Shown here: one piece after another, positions 47,957 to 58,459 of the stretch | Numbering within the stretch: position 1 is the stretch's first letter | Layout: each line of letters opens with the position of its first letter | Source of the DNA: Chloroflexota bacterium | Lineage (GTDB): Bacteria > Chloroflexota > UBA4733 | DNA: 64,000 nt | Reading direction: 5' to 3' | NCBI GenBank assembly: GCA_036734945.1 | Contig: DAIMXP010000023.1 | Span: 1 to 64,000, forward strand | Program-made: the position numbers and the translations under genes | Notes under the pieces: generated by a model | What the model saw: only the letters and a program-made list of their open reading frames with translations | What the model was told of the DNA's origin: nothing | The model's database searches: none

Positions 47957-48631
47957 TCACCGCCGCCCCGGAAAGATCAAGGGCGGCGGCGGGCCGTCGT
48001 CCTCCGGCTCACCGGGGCGGATGAGTCGCGGCCCGGTTGAGGCTGGCGGCGGCGCGTCGTCAGCGGGCTCGGGCTGCGCATCGGCCAGCGGAGTCGGCGC
48101 CTCGGGGACGGAACGCTTGCCGGTGCCGCGGCGCGCCGCGAGTTCCTGCTCCTGTGTACGCTCGGTCAGCGTCTGCTGCAGGATGCCACCGCACTGCTGC
48201 CAGAGCAGCGACCGCACGATGAACGGCGTCATGTCGCTGGTCACCTGGTTGGTGGCGTTGGCGATCTCGATGGCTAATGCCTTCGAGCTGTCCTCCGCGC
48301 TTTCCGCGCCGTGGCTGGTGACGGCTTCCCCGACCAGCGCCTGGCAGAGGTGCTGCACGAAACCGAGCGGATCTTGCGGCGTGAGCTCCACCTCATAGCC
48401 GGACAGTAGGCGGATCACGCGCAGACCGCCCGGACGCAGGCCGCCCAGCCAGAGGGCCAGGCGGGCGGCGGTTGCGGCCAGGGCGTCGGCATGCTCGCCT
48501 GCCGCCTGGTAGAGTTCCGGCGTCTGCTCGCGCATGGCAGCGACGGTACGGCCAATCACCTGCTCCAAAAACTCCGGCGCATCACCCGCTGGTTGTTCGG
48601 TCGCCTGCTGCTGGCCCTGCTCATCCGTCAT
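47957..48631 (-). CDS. Hypothetical protein
   Basis: 224 aa with no recognisable motif and a Pro-rich C-terminus. Confidence 0.4.
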   Translation of the reverse strand: MTDEQGQQQATEQPAGDAPEFLEQVIGRTVAAMREQTPELYQAAGEHADALAATAARLALWLGGLRPGGLRVIRLLSGYEVELTPQDPLGFVQHLCQALVGEAVTSHGAESAEDSSKALAIEIANATNQVTSDMTPFIVRSLLWQQCGGILQQTLTERTQEQELAARRGTGKRSVPEAPTPLADAQPEPADDAPPPASTGPRLIRPGEPEDDGPPPPLIFPGRR

Positions 48632-48689
48632 TGCGTTCCCTCTCTGTGTACGACGCCAATCGAGCGTAGCATGCCAATGCTGACGAGAA

Positions 48690-49937
48690 TCATTGCGCCC
48701 ACAACCGCCCCGTCAACGTCGTCAGGACGCTGGCGCCGGTGGCGGTCACGACTACTATCTGCTCCGTGCTGCAGCCGCCAAGCCCCGGCTGAAAGATGCC
48801 AGGCTCGACACAGAGCACCATACCCTCTTCCAGCGACTCGCTGGAGCCGGCAGCGAGCAGCGGCGCTTCGACCGTCTCCAGGCCGATGCCGTGGCCCGTT
48901 GAGGCGGAGGCATAGGCGCCGAAGCCGGAACGCTCGATGGACTGGCGGCCGGCGGCGACGACGCTGGCGACCGGAACGCCAGCGGCCACTGCCGCTACGG
49001 CGGCGGCGCTGGCTGCCAACCCGGCCTCCAGCAGCCGGCGCGTCTCGGCTGCCGGCCGGCCGCAGACTGCTGTGCGGTTGACGTCAAAGGCGTAGCCGGC
49101 GACAGCGCCAATGGCATCAAGCGCGATAATGTCACCCTCAACGATGCGCCGGTCGGTGGCCTGCGGCCAGCGCGATCCCCAGGCGCTGTACTGCCCGGAA
49201 TGGACACGGAAGTAGCGCACGAAATCGGCGCCTGCCAACAGGCACGCATGTGTCCCGGCGGCGCACACCTCCCGCTCGCCGGCGCCGGGTCGGATAGCCG
49301 CCACCGCCGCCCGCAGCCCCAGCTCGGCCACAACGGCGGCGCGCTGGAGAAGGGCGATTTCAGCAGCGCTCTTGATGGCTCGCTGCCGGCGGACCAGGTC
49401 ATCGGCGGCAACAAGCGCGAGCTCCGGCAATGCCGTGGCCAGGTCATTCGCCGCCGACCATGGCAACAGGTCACTGCCGACCACACCGAGCCGGCGCAGC
49501 CGCGGCAAGCCGCGCAACGCCTCGATCACACCGCCGATCACGTCCGGGGTCGGGCGGATATCGTCTACCGCTACCAACGGGCGGTGGACGGAAGGATGAT
49601 CGACTACCAGCAGCGGCGCGCCATCTACCGGCAGCAACAGCGCAGCATGGCCGGCGCCGCGCCGACCGGGCAAAAATGGCGCGGTCGGAAAGGGCGGGAA
49701 ATGGTTGGTGAGATAGGCCAGGTCGCCAGGACGCTCATAGAAGGATCGCCCCAGGACGAGCAGCGCATCGTACCCGCCGGCCGCCGCCACCCGGCGGGTC
49801 CGTTCCAGGCGGCCGACAACCTCCGCGCGACCAATGGCCAAACTCGCCGGACTGAGCGACTCACCGTCTACCAATGGTTTTGCCTCCGCTGCGGAGTATA
49901 CTTGACGCCTGGCGGGTCGAGGGCGAAGGGAAAACAT
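48690..49937 (-). CDS. M24-family metallopeptidase (Xaa-Pro aminopeptidase / creatinase-like)
   Basis: Creatinase_N-like RLERTRRVAAAGGYDALLVLG. C-terminal pita-bread fold with AIGAVAGYAFD...GHGIGLE. The ATG at 49937 overlaps the divergent neighbour's ATG at 49936, so a TTG at 49874 or 49841 may be the true start. Confidence 0.65.
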   Translation of the reverse strand: MFSLRPRPARRQVYSAAEAKPLVDGESLSPASLAIGRAEVVGRLERTRRVAAAGGYDALLVLGRSFYERPGDLAYLTNHFPPFPTAPFLPGRRGAGHAALLLPVDGAPLLVVDHPSVHRPLVAVDDIRPTPDVIGGVIEALRGLPRLRRLGVVGSDLLPWSAANDLATALPELALVAADDLVRRQRAIKSAAEIALLQRAAVVAELGLRAAVAAIRPGAGEREVCAAGTHACLLAGADFVRYFRVHSGQYSAWGSRWPQATDRRIVEGDIIALDAIGAVAGYAFDVNRTAVCGRPAAETRRLLEAGLAASAAAVAAVAAGVPVASVVAAGRQSIERSGFGAYASASTGHGIGLETVEAPLLAAGSSESLEEGMVLCVEPGIFQPGLGGCSTEQIVVVTATGASVLTTLTGRLWAQ

Positions 49938-51117
49938 GAGCGTTGACGAGCGTAACCGCGCTGAGGCGCGCCTGCTGGAGCGCCTCAGCACCGTCGACCT
50001 ACCGGCGCTGCTGACCGAACTGGTGCGCCGGCCCAGCTTCGAGCAGGAGACGTCGATCGTGGAGTACCTGCAGGCTCGCTGGCAGGAGCGCGGCCTGGCC
50101 ACAGAAATTACGGAGGTCCAACCCGGACGCTGCAACATCACGGTGCGCGCCGGTCGACCGGGCCCGGCCTTCCTTTTCAACAGCCATATGGACACGGTGC
50201 CGGCCGGCCAGCGGGAGCGCTGGTCGACCGACCCGTTTGGCGCCGAGATTCGGGGCGGACGCCTCTACGGCCGGGGAGCGGTAGACGCGAAAGGCTGCCT
50301 GACGGCGATGATCGGCGCATTTGAGACGCTGGCGGCTTTGGACTTCCCGGGCACGCTGCTCCTATCCGCAGTCGCCTATGAAGAGAACGGCGGTTACGGC
50401 ACGCGGCGCGATGTCGCCCGAGGTCTGCGCGCCGACGCCGCGATCGTCGGAGAACCGACGAACCTACAGCCAAACCTGGGTCATCGCGGCGCCTCCCGGC
50501 TGGAAGTGGAATGTCGCGGCCTGCCCGCCCACAGCGCCCAATCGGAAGAGGGCGTGAACGCCATCACAGCAGCGGCCGAGGCAGTGCGGGCGCTCGCCGC
50601 CCTCGACAAACGCCTGGCGAGCCGCCTTGACCCCGTGTTGCGACAACACCCGCACCTGACAGTGACGATGATCCGCGGTGGCGATGCCGGTAACGTGGTA
50701 CCCGCCCGCTGCACGCTGCTGCTGGACCGTCGTACCTTGCCGGGCGAACGCGCCGAGGCGGTGGAAGCCGAGATATTGGATGCCATCCGCGAGGCGACAG
50801 CCGATGGCAAGGCGGAGGTGTCGCTCGCCGGCATCCGGCACACGGCCGGCGCGGTAATCGAGCCAACTGCCCTGATCGCCACGACGTTGGGCGAGGCCAT
50901 CGCCGACGTCACCGGACGTGAGCCGAACCCAGCCGGCTTCTTCGCCTGCTGCGACATGACCTACCTGGCCGCTGTGGGTATCCCCACAGTCATCTTCGGA
51001 CCAGGGGAACAGCGCATGTGCCACATCTTTGACGAGAGCCTGGCCCTGGCCGACTTGCAACAGGCCGCCCAGGTCTACGCTCTCACGGCGCAGCGCTGGC
51101 TGCTCGCGCTACCGTGA
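49936..51117 (+). CDS. M20-family peptidase (ArgE/DapE/acetylornithine deacetylase-like)
   Basis: FNSHMDTVPAG, GRGAVDAKG and EENGGYG motifs. Confidence 0.75.
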   Translation: MSVDERNRAEARLLERLSTVDLPALLTELVRRPSFEQETSIVEYLQARWQERGLATEITEVQPGRCNITVRAGRPGPAFLFNSHMDTVPAGQRERWSTDPFGAEIRGGRLYGRGAVDAKGCLTAMIGAFETLAALDFPGTLLLSAVAYEENGGYGTRRDVARGLRADAAIVGEPTNLQPNLGHRGASRLEVECRGLPAHSAQSEEGVNAITAAAEAVRALAALDKRLASRLDPVLRQHPHLTVTMIRGGDAGNVVPARCTLLLDRRTLPGERAEAVEAEILDAIREATADGKAEVSLAGIRHTAGAVIEPTALIATTLGEAIADVTGREPNPAGFFACCDMTYLAAVGIPTVIFGPGEQRMCHIFDESLALADLQQAAQVYALTAQRWLLALP

Positions 51118-51835
51118 CGGGCGCGCCGCGCCGTTCTGGTAGGTTAGAGAACAGAGCGGCACGAACAAAGCCAGAATTCGAAATTAAGTTCCAACTCGGT
51201 CGACACACCGAGGCAATCAGGAGTTTAGCGACATGTTCGGCTGCTTCATTGCGGTCATAACAGGACAGATGCAGCCATATAGGACCTACTCCGTGAAAAC
51301 AGCACGCCAGAAGTACGGCCATTGAGAGCGTGCTATAGCGCCCTTAACGCATTGCCTGCCCGACATAGCGGTGGTAGGATAGGTCCAATCCCGGCGCCGC
51401 AACGATGCGGCTCGGATATTGGGGGCAGGGAAACCAACGATCCTTTGAGCGGACAAACAGCAATGGTGACTTCCCTTGGGTGCTCGCGGACCCATCAAGT
51501 CAACCGGTCCAAACCGCTCTTTCGGAGTGCTCCCGACCAACGGCAACGCGACGGATTCGGCGGTCCGTATCTGCGTATTTTGGTGACGCCCGATGCGACG
51601 GCCGACCTGGTGATGTGGGAGGAGCAGGCGACAGGCAACGTGGTGCTGTACACCGATCCGGAGCGCTCGCCGTGCATTTTCCTCGCGCACGGCAACGATC
51701 TGCGTGATCTGGGGCAGGGCCTGTTGCCCGAGCCGGTCTTGCTCGGCATTCTCCAGGGTGCGCCGCCTTTGATAGTTCCCCTTGAGGGGATCGGAAGCGT
51801 GCAGTGGCAACTGACAGAGATCGAGCAACACGAAG

Positions 51836-52492
51836 ATGAAAGCAGCCACCCTTGATCGCGCGGTCGACGTACCGCAGACAAGTGCTCCAGCCCAACCAGG
51901 GGCCGATCGCCTCCCCTTCCAGAAGAAGGTGAACCTGCTCTCTGATCGCGGCCTCTGGCCGCAGTTGGAGGCCCTGGCGAAGCAGCACGGTTGGCATAGC
52001 GAACACATGCGGGCCTTCATTGATGCCAACCTGCCCAAGGCCCCCTGCCCCATTTGCAACACCGAGTTTTACGTCTACTCGCGGCGAGTCAAGTACTGTT
52101 CGGATCGCTGTCGCCGCGTGGCCGCTGCCGGCAACGAGCGTAGCCGCGATGGCGCAGTGATGGCCCCCCCTGCAGCCCGCAACGACGTTGCCGAGAAGCC
52201 CAAAGGCCAGAACAACGGCGACCTCTGCGTCCGCTTAGAGCGCCTCGGCGAAGACCCGCTGGATCGTCGGTTCTATATCCTCATGGTGGTCCAGGATCTT
52301 TTCGGCGCCGTTGCCCTGGTCCGTCGTTGGGGCCGGGACGAGCGCGAACGTTCGCAACAGACCGTCACCAGCTTCCTTTCCCTCGACCAGGCGTTGGAAC
52401 AACTGGAACGCCACAAGGCGATTTGCCTGAAGCGTGGCTATCACCTGGTCGCCGTGGAACGCGGACGTGTTGACCCGCGCACGCTTTCCTGA
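51836..52492 (+). CDS. WGR-domain protein with an N-terminal zinc ribbon
   Basis: CPICNTEFYVYSRRVKYCSDRCRR ribbon and a C-terminal RRWGRDERERSQQTVTSF...KRGYHLV WGR-like segment. Confidence 0.5.
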   Translation: MKAATLDRAVDVPQTSAPAQPGADRLPFQKKVNLLSDRGLWPQLEALAKQHGWHSEHMRAFIDANLPKAPCPICNTEFYVYSRRVKYCSDRCRRVAAAGNERSRDGAVMAPPAARNDVAEKPKGQNNGDLCVRLERLGEDPLDRRFYILMVVQDLFGAVALVRRWGRDERERSQQTVTSFLSLDQALEQLERHKAICLKRGYHLVAVERGRVDPRTLS

Positions 52493-52548
52493 CGATTTTT
52501 GTAGACCCGTACCGGCGCTGAACAGCCGACACCGTATGATGCAGGGTC

Positions 52549-53352
52549 ATGGATAACCGGCCGATCGGCGTCTTCGATTCGGGCCTCGGCGGCCTCACGG
52601 TCGTCCGCCAGCTCTTCGCGGCGCTACCGCACGAGCGCATTGTCTATCTCGGCGACACGGCTCGCGTCCCCTACGGGTCGCGCAGCCCGGACATCGTGCG
52701 CAAGTTTGCCCGCCAGGATGCCTACTTCCTGGCGGGACGCAACGTGAAGTACATCGTCGTGGCATGCAACACTGCCTCGGCGCAGGCCGAACCCGATCTC
52801 GTGCGCCGGCTGGACATACCGGTGCTGGGCGTGATCGAGCCAGGCGCCGCGGCGGCGGTGAGGACGAGCGCCAGCGGACGCATCGGCGTCATCGGCACGC
52901 TCGGCACCATCGCCAGCGGCGCCTACCAGCGTGCCATCCTTGCCCACCAACCAACAGCCCAGGTCGTCGCGCACGCCTGCCCCCTGTTTGTGCCGCTGGC
53001 CGAAGAGGCCGCCCAGGACACACAAGCTGCCCGCTTGATCGCGCACGACTACCTGCACCCCTTCCTTGACGGCAACGTCGACACCCTCATCCTCGGCTGC
53101 ACCCACTACCCGATTCTGGAAACGGTCATCGCTCAGACGGTGGGACCGGACGTGTGTCTATTAGACCCCGGCATTGCGCTCGCCCAGGCTCTCGTCACCG
53201 ATCTGGCACGCCGGGGCTTGCTGGCGGCCGGCGACCAGCCGGTAGAGCACCAGTACTTCGTGACCGATCGCTCGGTGCGCTTCCAGGAGCTGGCGGAACG
53301 CTTCTTGGGCCACCGTCTGTGCTCGACGGTCGAACAGGTGGACCTGGATTAG
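52549..53352 (+). CDS. murI: Glutamate racemase
   Basis: IGVFDSGLGGLTV, YLGDTARVPYG and VVACNTAS motifs. Confidence 0.85.
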   Translation: MDNRPIGVFDSGLGGLTVVRQLFAALPHERIVYLGDTARVPYGSRSPDIVRKFARQDAYFLAGRNVKYIVVACNTASAQAEPDLVRRLDIPVLGVIEPGAAAAVRTSASGRIGVIGTLGTIASGAYQRAILAHQPTAQVVAHACPLFVPLAEEAAQDTQAARLIAHDYLHPFLDGNVDTLILGCTHYPILETVIAQTVGPDVCLLDPGIALAQALVTDLARRGLLAAGDQPVEHQYFVTDRSVRFQELAERFLGHRLCSTVEQVDLD

Positions 53353-53369
53353 TGCGATGACGGCAGACC

Positions 53370-54344
53370 ATGTCGGCAGTTGATCTCGTTGTCGTGCTGT
53401 TCGTCGTCCTGGTGGCCTGGAACGGCTATCGCGCCGGGTTTCTGATTGAGGTCGCCGGCCTGGCTCGCATCGTCGTCGGCGTCGTGGCTGCAGCGCGTTT
53501 CTTCTCGCTGCCAGCGACCTGGCTCGGCGCGAACACCGGCTTGCCGCCGGTTCTCGCTAACCTGATCAGCTTCATCGCCATCTTCGCCCTTACCCAGATC
53601 GTGCTGACGTTCGTCTACGCGGTAACGGTATACCCGGCCGTCCGTCTGCTGCACGCGATTCCGGGGCTGGGCGGGATTGACCGCCTGCTGGGTATCGTGC
53701 CGGCGGCGTTGCAAGCGCTCTTCTGGGCAGCGTTTGCCCTCTCCGCCGTGCTGCTGCTGCCGATCAGCCCGCCCCTGCAGACCGCCATCACGAACTCCCG
53801 GCTTGGCAACGCGCTGGTGGTTGATCTCTCCCGCTATGAACCCCGACTGCAGGCTTTGCTGGGCAACGCGACGCGCAACACCCTGCTCTACATCACCCCG
53901 CCGGCCACGGCGACGGAAGGCACAGTGCAACTGCACTTCCCAGCGAACCTGCACCTCACGACCGATGCCGCCGCTGAACAGACCATGCTGGACTACGTCA
54001 ACCAGCAACGGACCCAACGCGGTCTTGCCGCGTTACGCCTCGATCCCACGCTCACAGCCATAGCCCGTACACATAACGCCGACATGTTCCAGCGCAGCTA
54101 CTTCAGTCACAACACCCCCGACGGGCACACGCCGTTCGACCGCATGCAGGCGGCAGGTATCACCTACACCAGCGCCGGCGAGAACATCGCCTACGCCCCA
54201 AACGTCACCATCGCCGACACCGGCCTGATGAACAGCCCGGAACACCGCGCTAACATCCTTCGCCCCCAGTTCAGCCGCGTCGGTATCGGCATCCTCAGCG
54301 GCGGCCTGTTCGAGGAAATGTATACGCAAGACTTCGCCAACTGA
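53370..54344 (+). CDS. CvpA-family membrane protein fused to a CAP (SCP/PR-1, YkwD-like) domain
   Basis: N-terminal 4-TM CvpA-like region. C-terminal HNADMFQRSYFSHNTPDGHTPFDRMQAAGITYTSAGENIAY...MNSPEHRANIL. Confidence 0.6.
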   Translation: MSAVDLVVVLFVVLVAWNGYRAGFLIEVAGLARIVVGVVAAARFFSLPATWLGANTGLPPVLANLISFIAIFALTQIVLTFVYAVTVYPAVRLLHAIPGLGGIDRLLGIVPAALQALFWAAFALSAVLLLPISPPLQTAITNSRLGNALVVDLSRYEPRLQALLGNATRNTLLYITPPATATEGTVQLHFPANLHLTTDAAAEQTMLDYVNQQRTQRGLAALRLDPTLTAIARTHNADMFQRSYFSHNTPDGHTPFDRMQAAGITYTSAGENIAYAPNVTIADTGLMNSPEHRANILRPQFSRVGIGILSGGLFEEMYTQDFAN

Positions 54345-54349
54345 GGCCG

Positions 54350-55048
54350 TTACCAGGGTAAATCGAGCCGGAATGGCCCCATCTGCACGCCGCGCGGGTG
54401 CAGCGAGGCTGCCAGCATGAGGAACTGCCCTTCGCTGAGCATGGGGATATCTGACGGCCCCGCCGAGATGCGCATGGAGCGCGGCTGCTGGCTATCCTCC
54501 GAAAGGCTCACATGGAGCGTCGGCGTCTCCTGCCAGGCTACTGTCGTGGATCCCGGTTGGTCGTAGAGTTTGGCGAGCCGGCCACCGACGACAGTTGGCT
54601 GGGCCACAATCATGTCCCAGGGCGAATCGCCCAACGGTCGCTCCGAGCGTAGTTCGAGCACGGTCAGCCACGTCTGGCGAGCGGTATCCAGCACCCGAAA
54701 AATGACGACAGTGTGCCCGTAGGGGCCGTCGAGCGTTGTCGCCCAGATGCCCAGATCCCGTGCTTGCTGATGCAGGGCGGACGAGTCCAACAACGGGCTG
54801 CCCAGCAGCCGTTCGGCCGCCGGGCCACTGATCGGCTGGGGGTGAAGTCCGGTCCCCAGAAGCGGCGGCGGCAGCGCACCGCCGGGGTCAGCCGACGCGG
54901 CAGGGATCGCCGAGGCCGCCGGCCCCAGCCACAGTAGGGCAAGGACCGCCGCCAGGCCCAGTCGCATCCAGTGCAACGACAGGCGCCGCGTCCCGGTCGC
55001 CAACCAGAGCAGGAAGGCAGGCGGCTCCAGCAACCGTGCCGAAACCAT
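54350..55048 (-). CDS. Hypothetical secreted protein
   Basis: N-terminal signal-like hydrophobic stretch and a Pro-rich region. Confidence 0.4.
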   Translation of the reverse strand: MVSARLLEPPAFLLWLATGTRRLSLHWMRLGLAAVLALLWLGPAASAIPAASADPGGALPPPLLGTGLHPQPISGPAAERLLGSPLLDSSALHQQARDLGIWATTLDGPYGHTVVIFRVLDTARQTWLTVLELRSERPLGDSPWDMIVAQPTVVGGRLAKLYDQPGSTTVAWQETPTLHVSLSEDSQQPRSMRISAGPSDIPMLSEGQFLMLAASLHPRGVQMGPFRLDLPW

Positions 55049-55173
55049 TGCAATCTCCTCCGCCCTACCCTATGTGGGGTCTGAGCATAGGCAATTGTAC
55101 CGGAAAGGGCAGGTGGGGAGTGATGCAAAGCAGTGCGCAGCAAGCGAGCATTGCGATGCACCACGCTTTTGAA

Positions 55174-55296
55174 GGCCGCGACTGCGATCGGCGGCCAAGC
55201 TAACGGGGCGACTGCCGTCGCCTGCATCATCGGATGACACGGTGCGATGCGACGGCAGTCGCCCCGTTAGCTTGGCCGCCGATCGCAATCGCGGCC
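55174..55296. repeat. Family-B REP-like palindromic element (inverted pair), preceded by a conserved leader-like TGATGCAAAGCAGTGCGCAGCAAGCGAG that is also found before the 33.0-kb cluster
   Basis: GGCCGCGACTGCGATCGGCGGCCAAGCTAACGGGGCGACTGCCGTCGCC / inverse copy. Confidence 0.65.
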
Positions 55297-55309
55297 CTAT
55301 GCCGTCCGC

Positions 55310-57676
55310 TTACGCTTCTTCCGCCACGACCTCTGCTACCGCTCCCTCCTCCTTCAATGGAAGCTGCAACAAAATAGCGCGCGCCTTCGTTGGGCCACGC
55401 GGCGGGCCGACGTACCCCTGATCGACAAGCTCATCCATCAGCAGCGAGGCACGGCTCTGGCCGATGCGCAGGCGGCGCTGCAGCAGGGAGAGGGTCACCT
55501 GTGCTTCCTTGCCCTGCTGCTGGGCAGCTTCGGCGACAGCGCGTAGCACAGCCAGCGTCTCTTCCAGCAAGCGGCTCTCCGGGTCTTCTTCCGGTATCGT
55601 CGACCAACTCTCCAGCAGGCTGTGCTGCTCCTCTGGACTCTGCCAGTGCTCCCCCTGTTCCCTGCGCTGATCCCGCCAGAAGGTGATGATCGACTCGATC
55701 TCGTCATCATAGACGTAGGTCCCCTGCACACGCATCGGGCGCAAAGCGTCGGCAGGCGTGTAGAGCATGTCGCCCCGGCCCAGCAGCCGCTCTGCACCGG
55801 GGCAATCTAGAATCGTCTTGGAGTCCACGCCGGAACTCACGGCAAAGGCGATGCGGCTGGGGAAGTTGGCCTTGATCAGGCCGGTGATGACGTCGACCGA
55901 TGGCCGCTGGGTCGCCACGACCAGATGGATGCCGGTCGCCCGCGCCTTTTGCGCCAGCCGGCAAATCTGCTGTTCGACCTGCTCCGGGGCCGTCATCATG
56001 AGGTCGGCCAACTCGTCGATGATGACCACCATGTAGGGCAACGCGGCTTCCCCGCGATCGTTGGCGGCAGCGTTGAAACGCAGAATGTCGCGGAAGGAGC
56101 CCTGGGCAAACAGCGCATAGCGGCGTTCCATCTCCAGGATGCACCAGTCCAGCGCACCGACTACCTTGTCGACATCCACGATTACCGGCGCCTTGAGGTG
56201 CGGGATGCCGTTATAGCCGGTCAGTTCAACCTGCTTGGGGTCGACCATCAGCAGTTGCAGTTCATCGGGCGTGCATTGGAAGAGCAGGCAGTCGATCAGG
56301 GCATTGATACAGACGCTCTTGCCGGAGCCGGTGGCGCCGGCGATGAGCAGGTGCGGCATGCGCGTGAGGTCGCCAAAGACCGGCTCCCCCGCCACATCAC
56401 TGCCGACAATAATTGGCAACTGCGCCCCCTTGGCGCGATAGCGGGTGAACTCCTGGCTCTCCAACAACTCCCGCAGGGTGACGGGAGAGGAGACCGGGTT
56501 GGGCACTTCGATCCCGACATAGGGCTTGCCCGGTACCGGCGCCTCGACACGAATCGAATAGGCTTCCATAGCCAGCGCCAGGTCGTTCTGCAAGCCGACG
56601 ATCTTGGCGACCTTGACGCCGGGGTCGGGCCGCACGCCAAACTGCGTCACGGTCGGTCCCGGCCGGATCTCCTGCACCCGCGCCGCGATGCCGAAATCGG
56701 CCAAAGTGCGCACGATCAGGTCGGAACGGGCGTAGATCGACTCCTGGCTGGCCTCGATCCGGGTGCCGTACTTCAGCATGGACGAATCCGGCAAACGCCA
56801 GGGTTTGCCCGAGCGGGTCGCCGGGGCAATCGGCGCCGGCTCCCGCTTCTGCTTGGCCGGTTCCACTAGCGCCACCGGAGCACCGTGCTGTGCGGGCGCC
56901 ACGGTCTTGATCAAGGGCAACGCCGGTTGCAGCACCGGCGGCGGCGCCAATACCACAGCCGCCATCTGTGCCGGCGCAGGCTTGCGCTCCAGTAAGCGCT
57001 GCAGGGCACGCACAGCCGGCGTGGCGGCCCGCGACGAGGTGCGCAGTGACCAATGCCACGCGCGGCCCACATGCACCACGCCCTGCCAGAAATCGGGCAG
57101 GGAAAGGTGCAAGGCCCAGATCAGGCCAACGAGGACGGCGGCCAACCAGACCAGCCAGCCCACCGGACCCAGCAGTTCCCCCACCAGCGCGCGCAATTCG
57201 GCGCCGCCGAAGCCGCCGCGACCGGGCGCCAGGCCGTCGGCCAGGGCCACCCAGGCGCCGAGCAGCGTGCCGAGCCCCAGGAAGCGCAGCCAGGGAATAT
57301 GCGGCGCGCCGAAGCGATAGTAGCGCACAACAGTCACGACCAGCGCCGTGAGCAACAGCGGCAGCAAGACGGCGGAGCCGCCCATCAGGGCAGTTTCGGC
57401 GGCGTGTAAACGCTGCACCGGCACGGCAGTGCCACGGGGCAAGAGCGGTAGGGCGGCCACGATCAGGAGCGCCAGAAGAGCCAGGCTCACCACCATCGCC
57501 ACATCGAACCAGAGATGGGTCGGCAGATGCCAACCGGTCCACCAGGGCGGAGGGGGGGCTTGGCGACTCCTGCGGCGTTTCGCCGGCGCTGTACGGGAGG
57601 CGCGCGGCGCTGGCGCGGCGGCGCGACGTTCGGCAGCCATACTATCCCCTTTCCCCGCAAATAGTGACACTACCAC
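55310..57676 (-). CDS. ftsK: DNA translocase FtsK
   Basis: N-terminal 4-5 TM helices, a Pro/Ala-rich linker, Walker A LLIAGATGSGKSVCINALI, Walker B MVVIIDELADL and a C-terminal gamma winged-helix. Confidence 0.85.
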   Translation of the reverse strand: MVVSLFAGKGDSMAAERRAAAPAPRASRTAPAKRRRSRQAPPPPWWTGWHLPTHLWFDVAMVVSLALLALLIVAALPLLPRGTAVPVQRLHAAETALMGGSAVLLPLLLTALVVTVVRYYRFGAPHIPWLRFLGLGTLLGAWVALADGLAPGRGGFGGAELRALVGELLGPVGWLVWLAAVLVGLIWALHLSLPDFWQGVVHVGRAWHWSLRTSSRAATPAVRALQRLLERKPAPAQMAAVVLAPPPVLQPALPLIKTVAPAQHGAPVALVEPAKQKREPAPIAPATRSGKPWRLPDSSMLKYGTRIEASQESIYARSDLIVRTLADFGIAARVQEIRPGPTVTQFGVRPDPGVKVAKIVGLQNDLALAMEAYSIRVEAPVPGKPYVGIEVPNPVSSPVTLRELLESQEFTRYRAKGAQLPIIVGSDVAGEPVFGDLTRMPHLLIAGATGSGKSVCINALIDCLLFQCTPDELQLLMVDPKQVELTGYNGIPHLKAPVIVDVDKVVGALDWCILEMERRYALFAQGSFRDILRFNAAANDRGEAALPYMVVIIDELADLMMTAPEQVEQQICRLAQKARATGIHLVVATQRPSVDVITGLIKANFPSRIAFAVSSGVDSKTILDCPGAERLLGRGDMLYTPADALRPMRVQGTYVYDDEIESIITFWRDQRREQGEHWQSPEEQHSLLESWSTIPEEDPESRLLEETLAVLRAVAEAAQQQGKEAQVTLSLLQRRLRIGQSRASLLMDELVDQGYVGPPRGPTKARAILLQLPLKEEGAVAEVVAEEA

Positions 57677-57775
57677 CGCGGCCCAGCAGCGAGAATGGGA
57701 GGATGGTCCAGGTTATGCTGACGGGGCACAGCCGACGGTATCGTGGATGTGCGGCGCCTACGGGAAGGGGAATCG

Positions 57776-58443
57776 GTGCCACTCCAGATCGTGCTTGCTT
57801 CTCAGTCACCCCAGCGCAGCGGCCTGCTGAGCCGCCTCGGCCTCAATGTCCTGGTGCAACCAAGCGACGTTGATGAAGCGTTCATCGCCGTGCCGGCCGA
57901 TCCGCTGGAACAGGTGTACCTGCTTGCCCAGGCAAAGGCCGCAGCGGTGGCGCGGCACTTTCCCCAGCATATCGTACTGGCGCCGATACGCTTGTTGAGC
58001 TTGAAGGAAGCGTCCTCGGCAAACCGGGCAGCCCGTCGCTGGCGACAGCGATGCTGCGCCGGCTGTCCGGCCGACGCCATATGGTACACACCGGGCTGGC
58101 CCTGGTTCTGCCGGAAGAGTGCCGCACCGCCGATCAATCCCGCACCCTAACCGCGATCGTCTCTTCCACCGTCACCTTTCATCAACTTGACGACGAACAG
58201 ATCGCCGCCTACGTCCAGACCGGCGAGCCACTGAACAAGGCCGGCGCCTACGGCCTTCAAGGATCTGGTAGCCAGTTAGTCGCCTCGCTCAGCGGCTGCT
58301 TCACGAATGTCGTGGGTCTTCCACTCTGTGCAATTGCCAAGCTGTTGACGGCGGCCACCGGGCAGCCGGTGCTCTGCCCTGCCGATGCTGGCTGCCGAGC
58401 TGCAGGAGAAGAGGACTGTCTTTGCCGCGTCGACTCCGCCTGA
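57776..58443 (+). pseudogene. maf: Maf-family nucleoside triphosphate pyrophosphatase with a -1 frameshift near 57980
   Basis: IVLASQSPQRSGLLSRLGL N-terminus. The frame changes after HIVL (ctgg|cgcc, one G short of ctgggcgcc). The second frame reads GADTLVELEGSVLGKP...MLRRLSGRRHMVHTGLAL...GEPLNKAGAYGLQG. Confidence 0.6.
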
Positions 58444-58459
58444 AGCTGGTGATGCTCGC

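Noticed and set aside
49935-49939. ATG at 49937 as the M24 peptidase start
   Set aside because: It would overlap the divergent M20 start codon at 49936 by 2 nt, leaving no promoter space. An internal TTG at 49874 or 49841 is probably the real start, but I kept the longest ORF in the feature table.
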